Of a stretch of 64,000 bases of DNA, positions 1 to 11,400 are shown one piece after another. This DNA comes from Mobula hypostoma (taxonomy: Eukaryota). Both the position numbers and the translations under genes were made by a program. Positions within the stretch are counted from its first letter, which is position 1. Each line of letters opens with the position of its first letter. The notes beneath the pieces were generated by a model, which was given only the letters and a program-made list of their open reading frames with translations, was not told where the DNA came from and made no database searches. The DNA lies in assembly GCF_963921235.1 (NCBI RefSeq), contig NC_086097.1:253272001-253336000 (forward strand), given 5' to 3'.

Positions 1-2600
1 GCCAGAAGAAGCCCCAAGGCATTCTACAAATATGTGAAGAGCAAGAGGATAAGACATGAAAGAATAGGACCAATCAGGTGTGACAGTGGGAAAGTGTGTA
101 TGGAACCGGAGGAGACAGCAGAGATACTTAATGAATATATTACTTCAGTATTCACTATGGAAAAGGATCTTGGTGATTGTAGTGATGACTGAAAAGCTTG
201 AGCATGTAGGTATTAACAACGAGGATATGCTGGAGCTTTTGGAAAGCATCAAGTTGGATAAGTCACCAGGACCAGATGAGATGTACCCCAGGCTACTGTG
301 GGAGGCGAGGGAGGAGATTGCTGAGCCTCTGGCGATGATCTTTGCATCAGCAAAGGGGATGGGAGAGGTTCTGGAGGATTGGAGGGTTGTGGATGTTGTT
401 CCCTTATTCAAGAAAGGGAGTAGAGATAGCCCAGGAAATTATAGAATAGTGAGTCTTACTTCAGTGGTTGGTAAGCTAATAGAGAAGATCTTGAAAGGCA
501 GGATTTATGAACATTTGGAGAGGTGTAATATGATTAGGAATAGTCAGCATGGCTTTGTCAAAGGCAGGTCATGCCTTGCGAGCCTGATTGAATTTTTTTA
601 AGGATGTGACTAAACACATTGATGAAGGTAGAGCAGTAGATGTAGTGTATATGGATTTCAGCAAGGCATTTGATAAGGTATCCCATGCAAGGCTTATTGA
701 GAAAGTAAGGAGGCATGGCATCCAAGGGGACATTGCTTTGTAGATCCAGAACTGGCTTGCCCACAGAAGGCAAAGAGTGGTTGTAGATGGGTCATATTCT
801 GCATGGAGACAGTGACCAGTGGTGTGCCTCAGGGATCTGTTCTGGGACCCATACTCTTTGTGATTTTTATAAATGACCCAGATGATGAAGTGGAGGGATG
901 GGTTAGTAAATTTGCTGATGACACAAAGGTTGGGGGTGCTGTGGATAGTGTGGAGGGCTGTCAGAGGTTACAGCAGGACATTGATAGGATGCAAAACTGG
1001 GCTGAGAAGTGGCAGATGGAGTTCAACCCAGATAAGTGTGAGGTGGTTCATTTCAGTAGATCAAATATGATGGCAGAAAATAATGTTAATGTTAATGTTA
1101 AGACTCTTGGCAGTGTGGAGGATCAGAGGGATCTTGGAGTCCGAATCCATAGGACACTCAAAGCTGCTGCGCAGGTTGACTCTGTGGTTAAAAAGGCATA
1201 CGGTGCATTGGCCTTCATCAACCGTGGGATTGAGTTTAAGAGCCGAGAGTGATCAGACAGAGTGATCAGCAGCACTGGGGCTCCACAGGGGGGAGCGGGG
1301 CGGGGGGGGGGGACTGTCTTGTCTCCCTTTCTCTTCACCATTTACACCTCGGACTTCAACTACTGCACAGAGTCTTGTCATCTTCAGAAGTTTTCTGATG
1401 ACTCTGCCATAGTTGGATGCATCAGCAAGGGAGATGAGGCTGAGTACAGGGCTATGGTAGGAAACTTTGTCACATGGTGTGAGCAGAATTATCTGCAGCT
1501 TAATGTGAAAAAGACTAAGGAGCTGGTGGTAGACCTGAGGAGAGCTAAGGTACCGGTGACCCCTGTTTCCATCCAGGGGCTCAGTGTGGACATGGTGGAG
1601 GATTACAAATACCCGGCGATACGAATTGACAATAAACTGGACAGGTCAAAGAATACTGAGGCTGTCTACAAGAAGGGTCAGAGCTGTCACTATTTCCTGA
1701 GGAGACTGAGGTCCTTTAACATCTGTCGGACGATGCTAAGGATGTTCTACGAGTCTGTGGTGGCCAGTGCTATCATGTTTGCTGTTGTGTGCTGGGGCAG
1801 CAGGCTGAGGGTAGCAGACACCAACAGAATCAACAAACTCATTTGTAAGGCCAGTGATGTTGTGGGGATGGAACTGGACTCTCTCACGGTGCTGTCTGAA
1901 AAGAGGATGCTGTCTAAGTTGCATGCCATCTTGGACAATGTCTCCCATCCACTACATAATGTACTGGGTGGGCACAGGAGTACATTCAGCCAGAGTCTCA
2001 TTCCACCGAGATGCAACACAGAGCGTCATAGGAAGTCATTCCTCTCTGTGGCCATCAAACTTTACATCTCCTCCCTTGGAGGGTCAGACACCCTGAGCCA
2101 ATAGGCTGGTCCTGGACTTATTTCCTGGCATAATTTACATATTACTATTTAATTATTTATGGTGCAACTGTAACAAAAACCAATTTCCCCTGGGATCAAT
2201 AAAGTATGACTATGACTATGAGGTAAGATTGCAGCTATATAGGACCCTGGTCAGACCCCACTTGGAGTACTGTGCTCAGTTCTGGTCGCCTCACTACAGG
2301 AAGGATGTGGAAACCATAGAAAGGGTGCAGAGGAGATTTACAAGGATGTTGCCTGGATTGGGGAGCATGCCTTATGAGAATAGGTTGAGTGAACTTGGCC
2401 TTTTCTCCTTGGAGTGACAGAGGATGAGAGGTGACCTGATGGAAGTGTATAAGATGATGAGGAGCATTGATTGTGTGGATAGTCAGAGGTTCTTTCCCAG
2501 GGCTGAAATGGCTAGCATGAGGGGGCATAGTTTTAAGGTGCTTGGAAAAAGGTGCTGAAGGAATGTCAGGGTAAGTTTCTCACTCAGAGAATCAACACAC
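1..2600 (+). mobile_element. CR1-clade LINE, ORF2 (RT) and 3' part, degraded, split by a Rex1/Babar insert at 1250-2220
   Basis: [32 protein letters not shown] and RPHLEYC motifs with stops and frameshifts; sequence resumes at 2221 as in the unsplit copy near 62840-62880. Confidence 0.9.
1250..2220 (+). mobile_element. Rex1/Babar-clade LINE, 5'-truncated, with (TATGAC)n tail
   Basis: ORF 1262-2104 with GAPQG, LSPFLF, KFSDD, LNVKKTKELVVD, FLRRLRSF; ends aataaagtatgactatgactatg; near-identical copy at 59823-60563. Confidence 0.85.
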
Positions 2601-2809
2601 AACTAACTTTTTAGTGGATCGGACTCTCATCATTTTGGTCTGAATCCAAACGGAATAAGTTCAGAATTGTGTCAAGCCTTGTTTGCATATTGCCTTGATA
2701 TTCATGTTGCATCAACTGAGCGCCCTGCGAAATAATCTGGCATTAAGGTAAAAATATGATCAGTATTTGAATGTAGACATGGATGCTTCTGAAGCAATAT
2801 TGTTCTCCA

Positions 2810-3330
2810 AGGATCGTCACCTTGTCGTGGTGGAGTTGTGGGTTCCTGACATCCCCAGCGTGGTACCCTCTGGGACGTAGCTCCCGGTAGGGTCACCCAC
2901 GGCAGTAGGTTCCGGACAGAGTGATACAACCAAGACCTCAACAGTGGAGCCAGCAGAGGGTGATGGGCCCCCCACCCCACAGCAGTGAATGTAGAGGAAG
3001 GCTCCTCAGTCATTCACAAACCAGGGATGCTGGAAATCCAAGCAATGCACACATGATGCTGGAGGAACTGAGTTTCTGCTGAATTCTGTGTGTGTTGCTC
3101 CTCAGTCATTCACAAACCAGGGATGCTGGAAATCCAAGCAATGCACACATGATGCTGGAGGAACTGAGTTTCTGCTGAATTCTGTGTGTGTTGCTCCTCA
3201 GTCATTGCTACGTTCCGTGCCACTGCTCTCTGACCCCGATCTGTCAAGGACTGTGTGGTGTCTGCCGTGCCTCACACTCCCCACATTAAACAGAGTCATG
3301 TGCTGGCATTCCCCATTCAGTCATTCCACC
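2810..3330 (+). mobile_element. Non-coding RTE-type (Rex3/Expander-like 5' UTR) repeat remnant
   Basis: caccttgtcgtggtggag and ggtagggtcaccca motifs resemble RTE 5' UTRs (recalled, not searched). Confidence 0.4.
3001..3206. repeat. Perfect 96-bp tandem duplication of a Penelope-derived remnant plus its 14-bp flank
   Basis: Units 3001-3096 and 3097-3192; gctcctcagtcatt occurs at 3001, 3097 and 3193. Confidence 0.85.
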
Positions 3331-3401
3331 CAGACATCTCAGTCCCCTACAGCCACTGCAGGAACCACCAATAGACAGCCCTCCCACCGTTCCACCGACA
3401 A

Positions 3402-3755
3402 GGCGGCAGGTAGCGTAGGAGTTACTGTACTGCTTTGACAGCGCCAGTAACCTGCGTTCAATTCCCGCTGCTGTCCATAAGGAGTTTGTACGTTCTCCCC
3501 GTGGGGTATGGAGGACTATGGTACACTTGCAGGTTCATGGGACTAGTAGATGAATAGTTTGACATGGAGCAAATGGGCTGAAGGGCGTGTTTCTGCACTG
3601 TAGTGTTCTATAACTCTGAAGTGGGTTTCCTCCGGGATCTCTGGTTTCCTGCCACATTCCAAACACATACAGGCTGATTGATCGCACGGCTGTAATTGGG
3701 TGGTGAGGCCTCACTGGGCTGGAAGGGCCCATTAACCTGCTGTATCTCTAAACTT
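3402..3755 (+). mobile_element. tRNA-derived V-SINE (HE1-like), interrupted by a CR1 3' tail at about 3504-3620
   Basis: A/B-box-like head (gtagcgtaggagtta...gttcaattccc) and V-domain gggtttcctccggg...ggtttcct.ccaca. Confidence 0.7.
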
Positions 3756-3794
3756 TAAACAAGTAAAATAAAGAAATAAAATCATTCTGAGAAC

Positions 3795-4350
3795 ATCAGG
3801 CCGAGACCCTTCTTCAGGACTGGAAAAGAAGGGGAAAGATACCAGAATAAAAAGGTTGGTGGTGGGTGGGGGGAAGGATTACAATCTGGCAGGTGACAGG
3901 TGAGACCAGGTGAGGGGGAAGGTAGGTGGGTGGGGGGGGATGAAATGAGGTGACAGGTGAGACCAGGTGAGGGGGACATGGGTGAGGGAGAGGGATGAAG
4001 TAAGAAGCTGGGAGGTGACAGGTGAGACCAGGTGAGGGGTTGGGGGAGGGGGATGAAGTGAGGTGACAGGTGAGACCAGGTGAGGGGGAAGGTGGGTGGG
4101 TGAGGATGAAGTAAGAAGCTGGGAGGTGACAGCAGGAAAGGGTAATGAGCTGATGAAGTAGGAATCTGAGAGGAGAGGCGAGTGGGCCGGGGAGAAAAGG
4201 GAGGGTGGGGCTCCTGAGGGAGGTGATGGGCAGGTGAGGAGAAGAGAAGGGCTGAGACGGGAACCAGAATGGGGAATAGGAAAAGAGAGAAGTGGGAGGG
4301 GAGAGAAATTAACAGGAAGTTAGAGAAAAGGATGCTCATGCCATCGATCT
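3795..4350 (-). mobile_element. Penelope-like element 3' fragment
   Basis: DGMSILFSNF end of ORF homologous to 26757-26830; pyrimidine-rich 3' UTR with internal ggtgacaggtgagaccaggtgagg repeats; broken hammerhead motif at about 3795-3822. Confidence 0.7.
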
Positions 4351-4556
4351 GATATTTAAACAAGATAGCATGCATAATGTTATACACAGCAGCGGGGTGC
4401 CACGATAGTGTAGCAGTTAGAGTGATGCTATTGCACCTCGGGGCATCAAAGATCAGAATTTAATTCGGGCATTCTCTGTAAAGAGTTTCTGTGTTCTTCC
4501 TGTGAATGCGTGGGTTTCCTCTGGGTGCTCCAGTTTCCTCCCACAGTCCAAAGACA

Positions 4557-5302
4557 TTTTTCTAAGTGGAATAAAAAAATTTTTAAGAACTGAGGTACAA
4601 AGCGATGGGAGTCCTTGTTCAAGATTCCCTAAAGGTGAGTTTGCAGGTTGAGTCAATGGTGAGGAAGGTAAATGTGATGTTAGCATTCATTTCAAGAGGA
4701 TTAGAATAGAAAAACAAAGATATAATGTTAAGACTTTACAAAGCACTGGTGAGGCCTCACTTGGAGTATTCTGAGCAGTTCTGGGCCCCTTATCTTAGAA
4801 AGGATGGACTGAAACTGGAGAGGGTTCAAAGGAGGTTCACAAAACTGATTCCAGGATGGAATAGCATGTCATATGAAGAGTGTTTGATGGCTCTGGGCTT
4901 GTATTCACTGGAATTCAGAAGAATGAGGGTGACCTCATTGAAACCTATCAAATGGTGAAGGGCCTTGATAGAGTGGATGTGGAGAGGATGTTCCTATTGT
5001 GGGAGAGTCTAAGACCAGAGGACACAACCTCAGAGTAGAGGGGCGCCATTTTAGAATGGAGGTCAGGGGAATTTCTTTTGCCAGAGAGTGGTGAACCTGT
5101 GAATTTGTTGCCACAGGCAGCTGTGGAGGCCAAGTCTTTACATATATTTAAGGCAGAGGTTGATGGATTTTTGATTGGTCAGAGCATGAAGGGAAATGGA
5201 GGGAAAGCAGGAGACTGTGGCTGAGAGGAAAATTGGATCAGCCAAGATGAAATGGCAGGCAGACTCGATGGGCCAAATGGCCTGATTCTGCTGCTGTGTC
5301 CT
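4557..5302 (+). mobile_element. CR1 LINE 3' fragment (its tail resumes at 6987-7003)
   Basis: [12 protein letters not shown]...[13 protein letters not shown] remnant; CR1 3' hairpin gggccaaatggcct. Confidence 0.85.
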
Positions 5303-6008
5303 CCATACAATATAGGAACAGAAGGAGAATTGAGAGGAGAAGATGGTGGCACGACGCAGCGCACAGCGGCCATTCCGGTGGTGATGTCTGTTATTTGTCA
5401 AGTAGGGTGCCGTGCACAATCCTGATTTGATGGAGATGGACATGAGAGCACAGAGGAGCATCTGGTGTAACTTCTGAAATGCCTGCTTCGCTGCTGCTGC
5501 TACTGTGTGATCCGAAATCTCCAGAGGAGAAGGCCCCGAGTCCTCGGCTTTGCTTGTTGCTCGGCGGCCGGGACGGGGTCGAAGCGCTCGGCAGAGGCTG
5601 GTGCTCGGAGGGGCTGTGTCGGAGGGGCTGGTTGGAGGCTCGAGGTTTTCGGACGGACTCAGAGTCCGCTGCGGTCGGGTGTTTCCAATGGTGCTGCATC
5701 GGCAAGTTTGCGGTGCTTGGAGGTTCATGGCAGGGAGAGTTCCTCCCTTCTACCGTCTGCGTGAGATGATGAGTCTATCGGGACTTTGAGACTTTTTTTT
5801 CCATGCCCATGGTCTGCTCTTTATCAAATTGCGATATTGCTTTGCACTGTTGTAACTATGTTATAATTATGTGGTTTTTGTCAGTTTTAATCTTGGTCTG
5901 TCCTGTGTTTCTGTGATATCATACTGGAGGAACATTGTATCATTTCTTAATGCATGCATTTCTAAATGGCGATAAACGAGGACTGAGTGTCCTCATAAAC
6001 TAATTTAG
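5303..6008 (+). mobile_element. About 700-bp non-coding interspersed element, probably a non-autonomous LINE derivative with a (TAATC)n-like tail
   Basis: Bounded by tgtcct duplicates (5297-5302, 6987-6992); GC-rich head beginning gaagatggtggc, AT-rich 3' part; tail remnant taatcta at about 6979-6985. Confidence 0.55.
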
Positions 6009-6980
6009 TGCGCATGCGCCGGTCGTGCATGCAGCCTGTTACAGCCGTTCCGATCAGTATTCTTACTTTTTTCTTCTTACTTTTTTAACTTACGTTATTT
6101 GTTGTATTTTTTTCACAGGTAATACAGTGAAGCTGTACCCTCGCTAACATTCTGGTGGAGAGAGTTTTATTTGGGATTTTAGCGCTGGAAATAGTTACAT
6201 TCCGACACGGCTCAGTAGCGGGGCAGCAGTATGGTCGCATTGTGTATTCCAGGGACCAGCTGATTGAGCTTATGCCGGCCGGTTTAGCGAGCAGAGCGGC
6301 GGACACCCCGGCTGAAATCTGGAGGAAAACACATAGAGGATGCAGAGGGGGATCACAAAGTCGAGGAAAGAGGACTGGGTCGAGACAACAGAGACTTATG
6401 GAGAAGAGGAGTTCAGTGGGTAATAAAATGGACGAGTTCACGGCGCTAGCCAGGCGTCAGAGAACATTTCGGGAGTGCAGTGTTATGTGTTTCACTGGAA
6501 CGGGGCTGCACGAAGACATACCCGATCAAAACTTCTCCATGGACGGCTTCCAGACCGTTCCGGCTGACTGGAAGTGCACTGAGAGCGGTAAGTGTAAAGG
6601 AGTTGGGTGCTTACTGTTCTGGTTAACAACGGATGGTGCAATCCGGGTCATATTACGATCGAGGAACGTGTTTGTAGACCAGATATTGAAATTTTGCTGT
6701 TGGACTCCGGCCACATTCCACCGAGATACAACACTGGGTGGCACGGGAGGTCGTTCCTGTCTGTGGCCATCGAACGTGCAGCTCCTCCCGTGGAGGGTCA
6801 GACACCCTGAGCCAATAGGCTGGTCCTGGACTTATTTTCCATCTGGCATAGTTTGCATTTTGTTGTTTGACTGTTTGTGGTTTTTGTATTGCTATATTTA
6901 CGCTCTATTTTTGGTTGGTGCGGCTGTAACGAAACCAAATTTCCCTCAGGATCAATAAAGTACATCTATCTATCTATCTA
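6009..6980 (+). mobile_element. Internally deleted Rex1/Babar derivative (5' end plus start of APE fused to the 3' end), (TATC)n tail
   Basis: YSRDQLIEL...RGCRGG and NKMDE...CSVMCFT...VLVNNGWC endonuclease-start motifs up to about 6713, then directly cattccaccgaga...ccctgagccaataggctggtcctggac, matching 2000-2120. Confidence 0.8.
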
Positions 6981-7239
6981 ATCTACTGTCCTATGGTTTT
7001 ATGGACACAACAGTTCATGGGTTAATTGGCCATTGTAAATTGTCCCATGATTAGGTTAGGGTTAAATATATGGGTTGCTGGGGGCTGCAGCTCATTGGGT
7101 CAGAAGAGACTGTTCTGCACTGTATCACAAAATAAATTAACAACAAATTCATGTGAAGATATCAGGAAGTGTGACCATTAAAAAAGTTGAAATTGGCAAT
7201 AGAAAAATTTGTCAATCGCCATTCTGAATATAGTCAATG

Positions 7240-8462
7240 AATGGCCCTCAGATTTAATGACTGACCCTCAGATTTAACAACTGACCCACAGGTTTAATGA
7301 TGACCCTCAGTTTAATGACTGACTCTCAGATTTAAAGAATTAATGAATGACCTCAGATTTAATAACTGACTCTCAAATTTAATGAATGACTCTCAGATTT
7401 AATGGATGAATTAATGACCCTCAGATTTAATGACTGACAATCAGATTTAATGAATGACCCTCAGATTTAATGAATGGCCCTCAGATTTAATAATGACCCT
7501 CAGATTTAATAAATTAATGAATGACCTCAGATTTAATGACTGACTCTCAGATTTAATGACCGACCTTCAGATTTAATGAATGGACCTCAGAATTAATAAC
7601 AGACCCTCAGATTCAATGACTGGCTCTCAGATTTAAAGAATTAATGTGCATTTCTATATTTTCTTTCTTTAACGCCCTCTTTGCCAACTCATCCACCCTC
7701 TCATTCCCCTTCACCCCTACATGTGCTGGAACCCATAGAAATTTTACCTGACCTCCCTGATTTGCAATTCTTGACTGACTGAAGGACTTCATAAAGTATG
7801 TCTTGCTGACTGTTTGAGTGAAAAGACCTTAAACTTGCTAGAACTGAGGATGAATCTGAGCATATCCATGTTTTGACAATGAATGACAGATTTAATAGAT
7901 GAATTAATGACCCTCATATTTAATGACTAGCCTTCAGATTTAAAGAATAGCCATCAGATTTAATGAATGACCCTCAGATTAAATGACTGACAGATTTAAT
8001 GAATTAATGTATAACCCTCAGATTTAATGAATAAACCAGATTTAATGAATGACCCTCAGATTTAATGAATGACCATCTGGTTTAATGACTGGCTCTCAGA
8101 TTTAATGCTTTAGATTTAATGAACGATCCTCAGATTTAGTGATGACCCTTAGATTTAATGACCCTCAGATTTAAAGAATGGTCCTCAGATTTAATAATGA
8201 TCCTTAGATTTACTGAATGGTCCTCAGATTTAATGACTGCCCCTCAGATTTAATGGGTGATTCTCTGATTCAATGACTTACACTCAGATTTAATGAATGG
8301 CCCTCAGATTCAATGACTGACTCAGATTTACTGATGTCCCTTAGATTTAATGAATAGCACTCAGATTCAATGACTAACCCTCAGATTTAATGAATGGCCC
8401 TCAGATTTAATGATGACCCTCAAGTTTACTGATGCCCCTTAGATTTAATGAATGGAGCTCAG
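7240..8462. repeat. Diverged minisatellite, unit about 20 bp (gaccctcagatttaatgaat), in two blocks (7240-7645, 7885-8462), resuming at 13823-13855
   Basis: Dozens of cagatttaatga cores visible. Confidence 0.9.
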
Positions 8463-11400
8463 TGTCATGGTCCAGTCCGTGGACTCGGGACTCTGGGTCT
8501 TCCAGCTGTCCCTTGTTTGAGTTAATCATAGGCACATGATTCTCATCTTGGGGCTTGGAATATAAGTGGCCTTGGGCTCACGTGGGGGCTGCTGGTTTGT
8601 CTTGTCAGTTCCCCTGGGAGCAACCTGCTGGTGGAAGTCTAGAGTGGCCACTTGCCATATTTAGGCTGTGTTGGAGAACCATTGCTTCATGGAGCCTCGC
8701 TGTTGGTAGTCGGAGCTGTCTTTGTGATATGGATTCGGCTGTTTCCCGGGCCAGCTGAGTGGCTGCCAGACACTCTGAGCTAGGTAGGGATCTGACTGTT
8801 TCCGTGGCCAGCTGAGGTTGCTGGCTGAACTGAGACTTGGAGCTTCCCTGGAGCAGAGATGGAACTGTCTGTCATTCTTTGGTGTTTGTCTCTTCTTGTC
8901 CTTGCCTCTGTGGGGTAAGCCAGGCTGTTTAGCTGTTGCCCTGTGGGGGGATCTGTCTTGTCTTGTCCTTCCCTCTGTTGGGTAAGTCTGGCTGTTCTGC
9001 CATTACCTGACAGAGGGACCTGTCCCACCTTGGTGTGGAGATGAAATTGAGTCGGCCATTTTTCTCGGCTGTTGATCGGGACAGGACTGTGCAAGTGCTT
9101 GTAAGTCAGTCAGTGAGTCAGCGGGAGTATTTAAAAGGGAGCAGTTTGACAGAGCAGGTGACGTTGTAGTGGGTGACGGAGTAGAGGGAGACAGTGTAGG
9201 AAGGTTTTGGCTCGAGAGGCTTTGGTGAGCAGAGGCTGAGAGAGGAGCCTATGCCACGGTTGGAGAGGGTGAGAAGTGGTGAAGAGATGACCAATAGGCT
9301 GATTCAGTGTGCTGCATGTATGATGTGGGAGGTCTGGTTCCTACACCTGTGGAAAATTTGTCCAGTTTCAGCTTCTGAAGGACCATGTTGTAGCACTGGA
9401 GAGGCAACTGGAGGACCTTGGGTTCATCTGGGAGAACGAGAGTTTTCTGGACAGGACCTACAGTGATGTCATTACACCCAGGATACAGGAAGAGAGTAGG
9501 AGGATGATGATGAGCAAGGAAAGGATGCTTGAAGTACAGCAGACCCCGGGAGATGTGCCTCTTGTAAACAGGTTCTCCCTCTTGGAAGCTGTCGGGACAG
9601 AAGACAGTGCCAGTCTGAGAGTCAACAATTGGTGCTGAGGTAAAGCCGAGGAGACAGACATCAGGCAGAGCCGTGGTAGTAGGGGACTCCATAGTGAGAG
9701 GTACAGAAAGGGGTTTCTGTGGCAACAGGCGAGATTTAAGGATGGTGTGTTGCCTCCCTGGTGCCAGGATCCAGGACGTCACGGACCGATTACAAGGAAT
9801 CCTCAAAGGTGAAGGAGGACATCCGGAAGTGGTGATGCATGTCGGCACAAATGACGTGGGGAAGAACGGGAAAGACATTCTACGGTGTGACTTCAGAGAA
9901 CTCGGAAAAAGGCTGAAAAGCAGGACTTCCAGGGTGGTTACCTCCGGTTTGCTTCCAGTTCCCCGTGCTGGAGCGGGCAAGAACAGAGAGATAATGGATC
10001 TGAATGTGTGGCTGAGGAACTGGTGCAGGAAGCACGGATTTACATTCTTGGAAGACTGGGGTATGTTTCGGGGTAAGGATAAATTGTACAAAAGGGACGG
10101 GCTGCACCTTAATAAGCGGGCACCAGCATTCTGGCAGGCAGGTTTGCCTCTGCAACACGGGGGTGTTTAAACTAAGTAGTGGGGGGCGGGAGGGGATGAA
10201 CTGGAAACATAAGGATGGAGATAAAGGGAAAGTTAGAATAAGAAAAGTTAAGAAAGACAGCAGAATCAACAGAGCAGAAAGCTCAAGAAGGGATCGTACA
10301 GTATGGCCAAGTGAAATAGGAATTGATATGGGAGGTGAGGGGAGTAATGAATTAAAAGTATTGTATATGAATGCACGGAGTATAAGAAATAAAGTGGATG
10401 GGCTTGAGGCTCAGTTGGAAATTGGTAAATATGATGTTCTGGGAATAACAGACATGGCTTCAAGTGGACAGGGCCTGGGAAATGAATATTCAAGGATATA
10501 CGTCCTATCGAAAGGACAGACTGATGGGCAGAGGGGGTGGGGTGGCTCTGTTGGTGAGGAATGATATTCAGTCCCTTGCGAGGGGGGACATAGAATCAGG
10601 AGACGTAGAGTCAGTATGGATAGAACTGAGAAATTCTAAGGGTAGAAAGACCCTAATGGGAGTTATCTACAGGCCCCCAAACAGTAGTCTGGATGTAGGG
10701 TGTAAGTTGAACAAGAATTAAAATTGGCATGTCACAAAGGTAATGCTACAGTTGTGATGGGGGATTTCAACATGCAGGTAGACTGGAGGAATCAGGGTGG
10801 CGCTGGCCTCCAAGAAAGGGAGTTTGTGGAGTCCCTGCGAGATGGATTCTTAGAACAGCTTGTACTGGAGCCTACCAGAGAGAACGCAATTCTAGATTTA
10901 GTGTTGTGCAATGAACTGGATTTGATCAGGGACCTCGAGGTAAAGGAGCCATTAGGAGGTAGTGACCATAATATGATAAGTTTTAATCCACAATTTGAGA
11001 GGGAGAAGAGAAACTTGGAAGTGTCAGTATTACAGTTGAACAAAGGGAACTATGGTGCTATGAGGGAGGAGCTGGCCAAAGTTCAATGGAACAATACCCT
11101 AGCAGGGATGACAGTGGAACAGCAATGGCAAGTGTTTCTGGGAATAATGCGGAAGGTGTAGGATCGGTTCATTCCAAAGAGGAAGAAAGTTCCTAAGGGG
11201 AGTAAGGGGAGGCCGTGGCTGACAAGGGAAGTAATGGACAGTATAAAAATAAGAGAAGTATAACATAGCAAAGACGAGTGGGAAGCCGGAGGATTGGGAA
11301 ACTTTTAAAGAGCAACAGAAGGTAACTAAAAAGGCAAGGCACGGAGAAAAAATGAGTTATGAAGGTAAACTAGCCAAGAATATAAAGGAGGATAGTAAAA

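Larger units (their letters stand above)
4395..7135 (+). mobile_element. V-SINE split into 4395-4556 and 7004-7135 by nested insertions
   Basis: tRNA-like head and V-domain at 4395-4556; continuation ggttaattggccattgtaaattgtccc after 7004; gaca repeated at 4553-4556 and 7004-7007. Confidence 0.7.

Noticed and set aside
3402..3475. tRNA genes at SINE heads (also about 4395, 20355, 56660)
   Set aside because: Only degenerate A/B boxes followed by SINE body; no complete cloverleaf.
6155..6958. 267-aa ORF as a host gene
   Set aside because: Chimeric reading across a deleted Rex1 element that drifts out of the endonuclease frame.
7240..8462. CRISPR-like look of recurring cagatttaatga
   Set aside because: Units are head-to-tail and degenerate, with no unique spacers and no cas genes; eukaryotic context.
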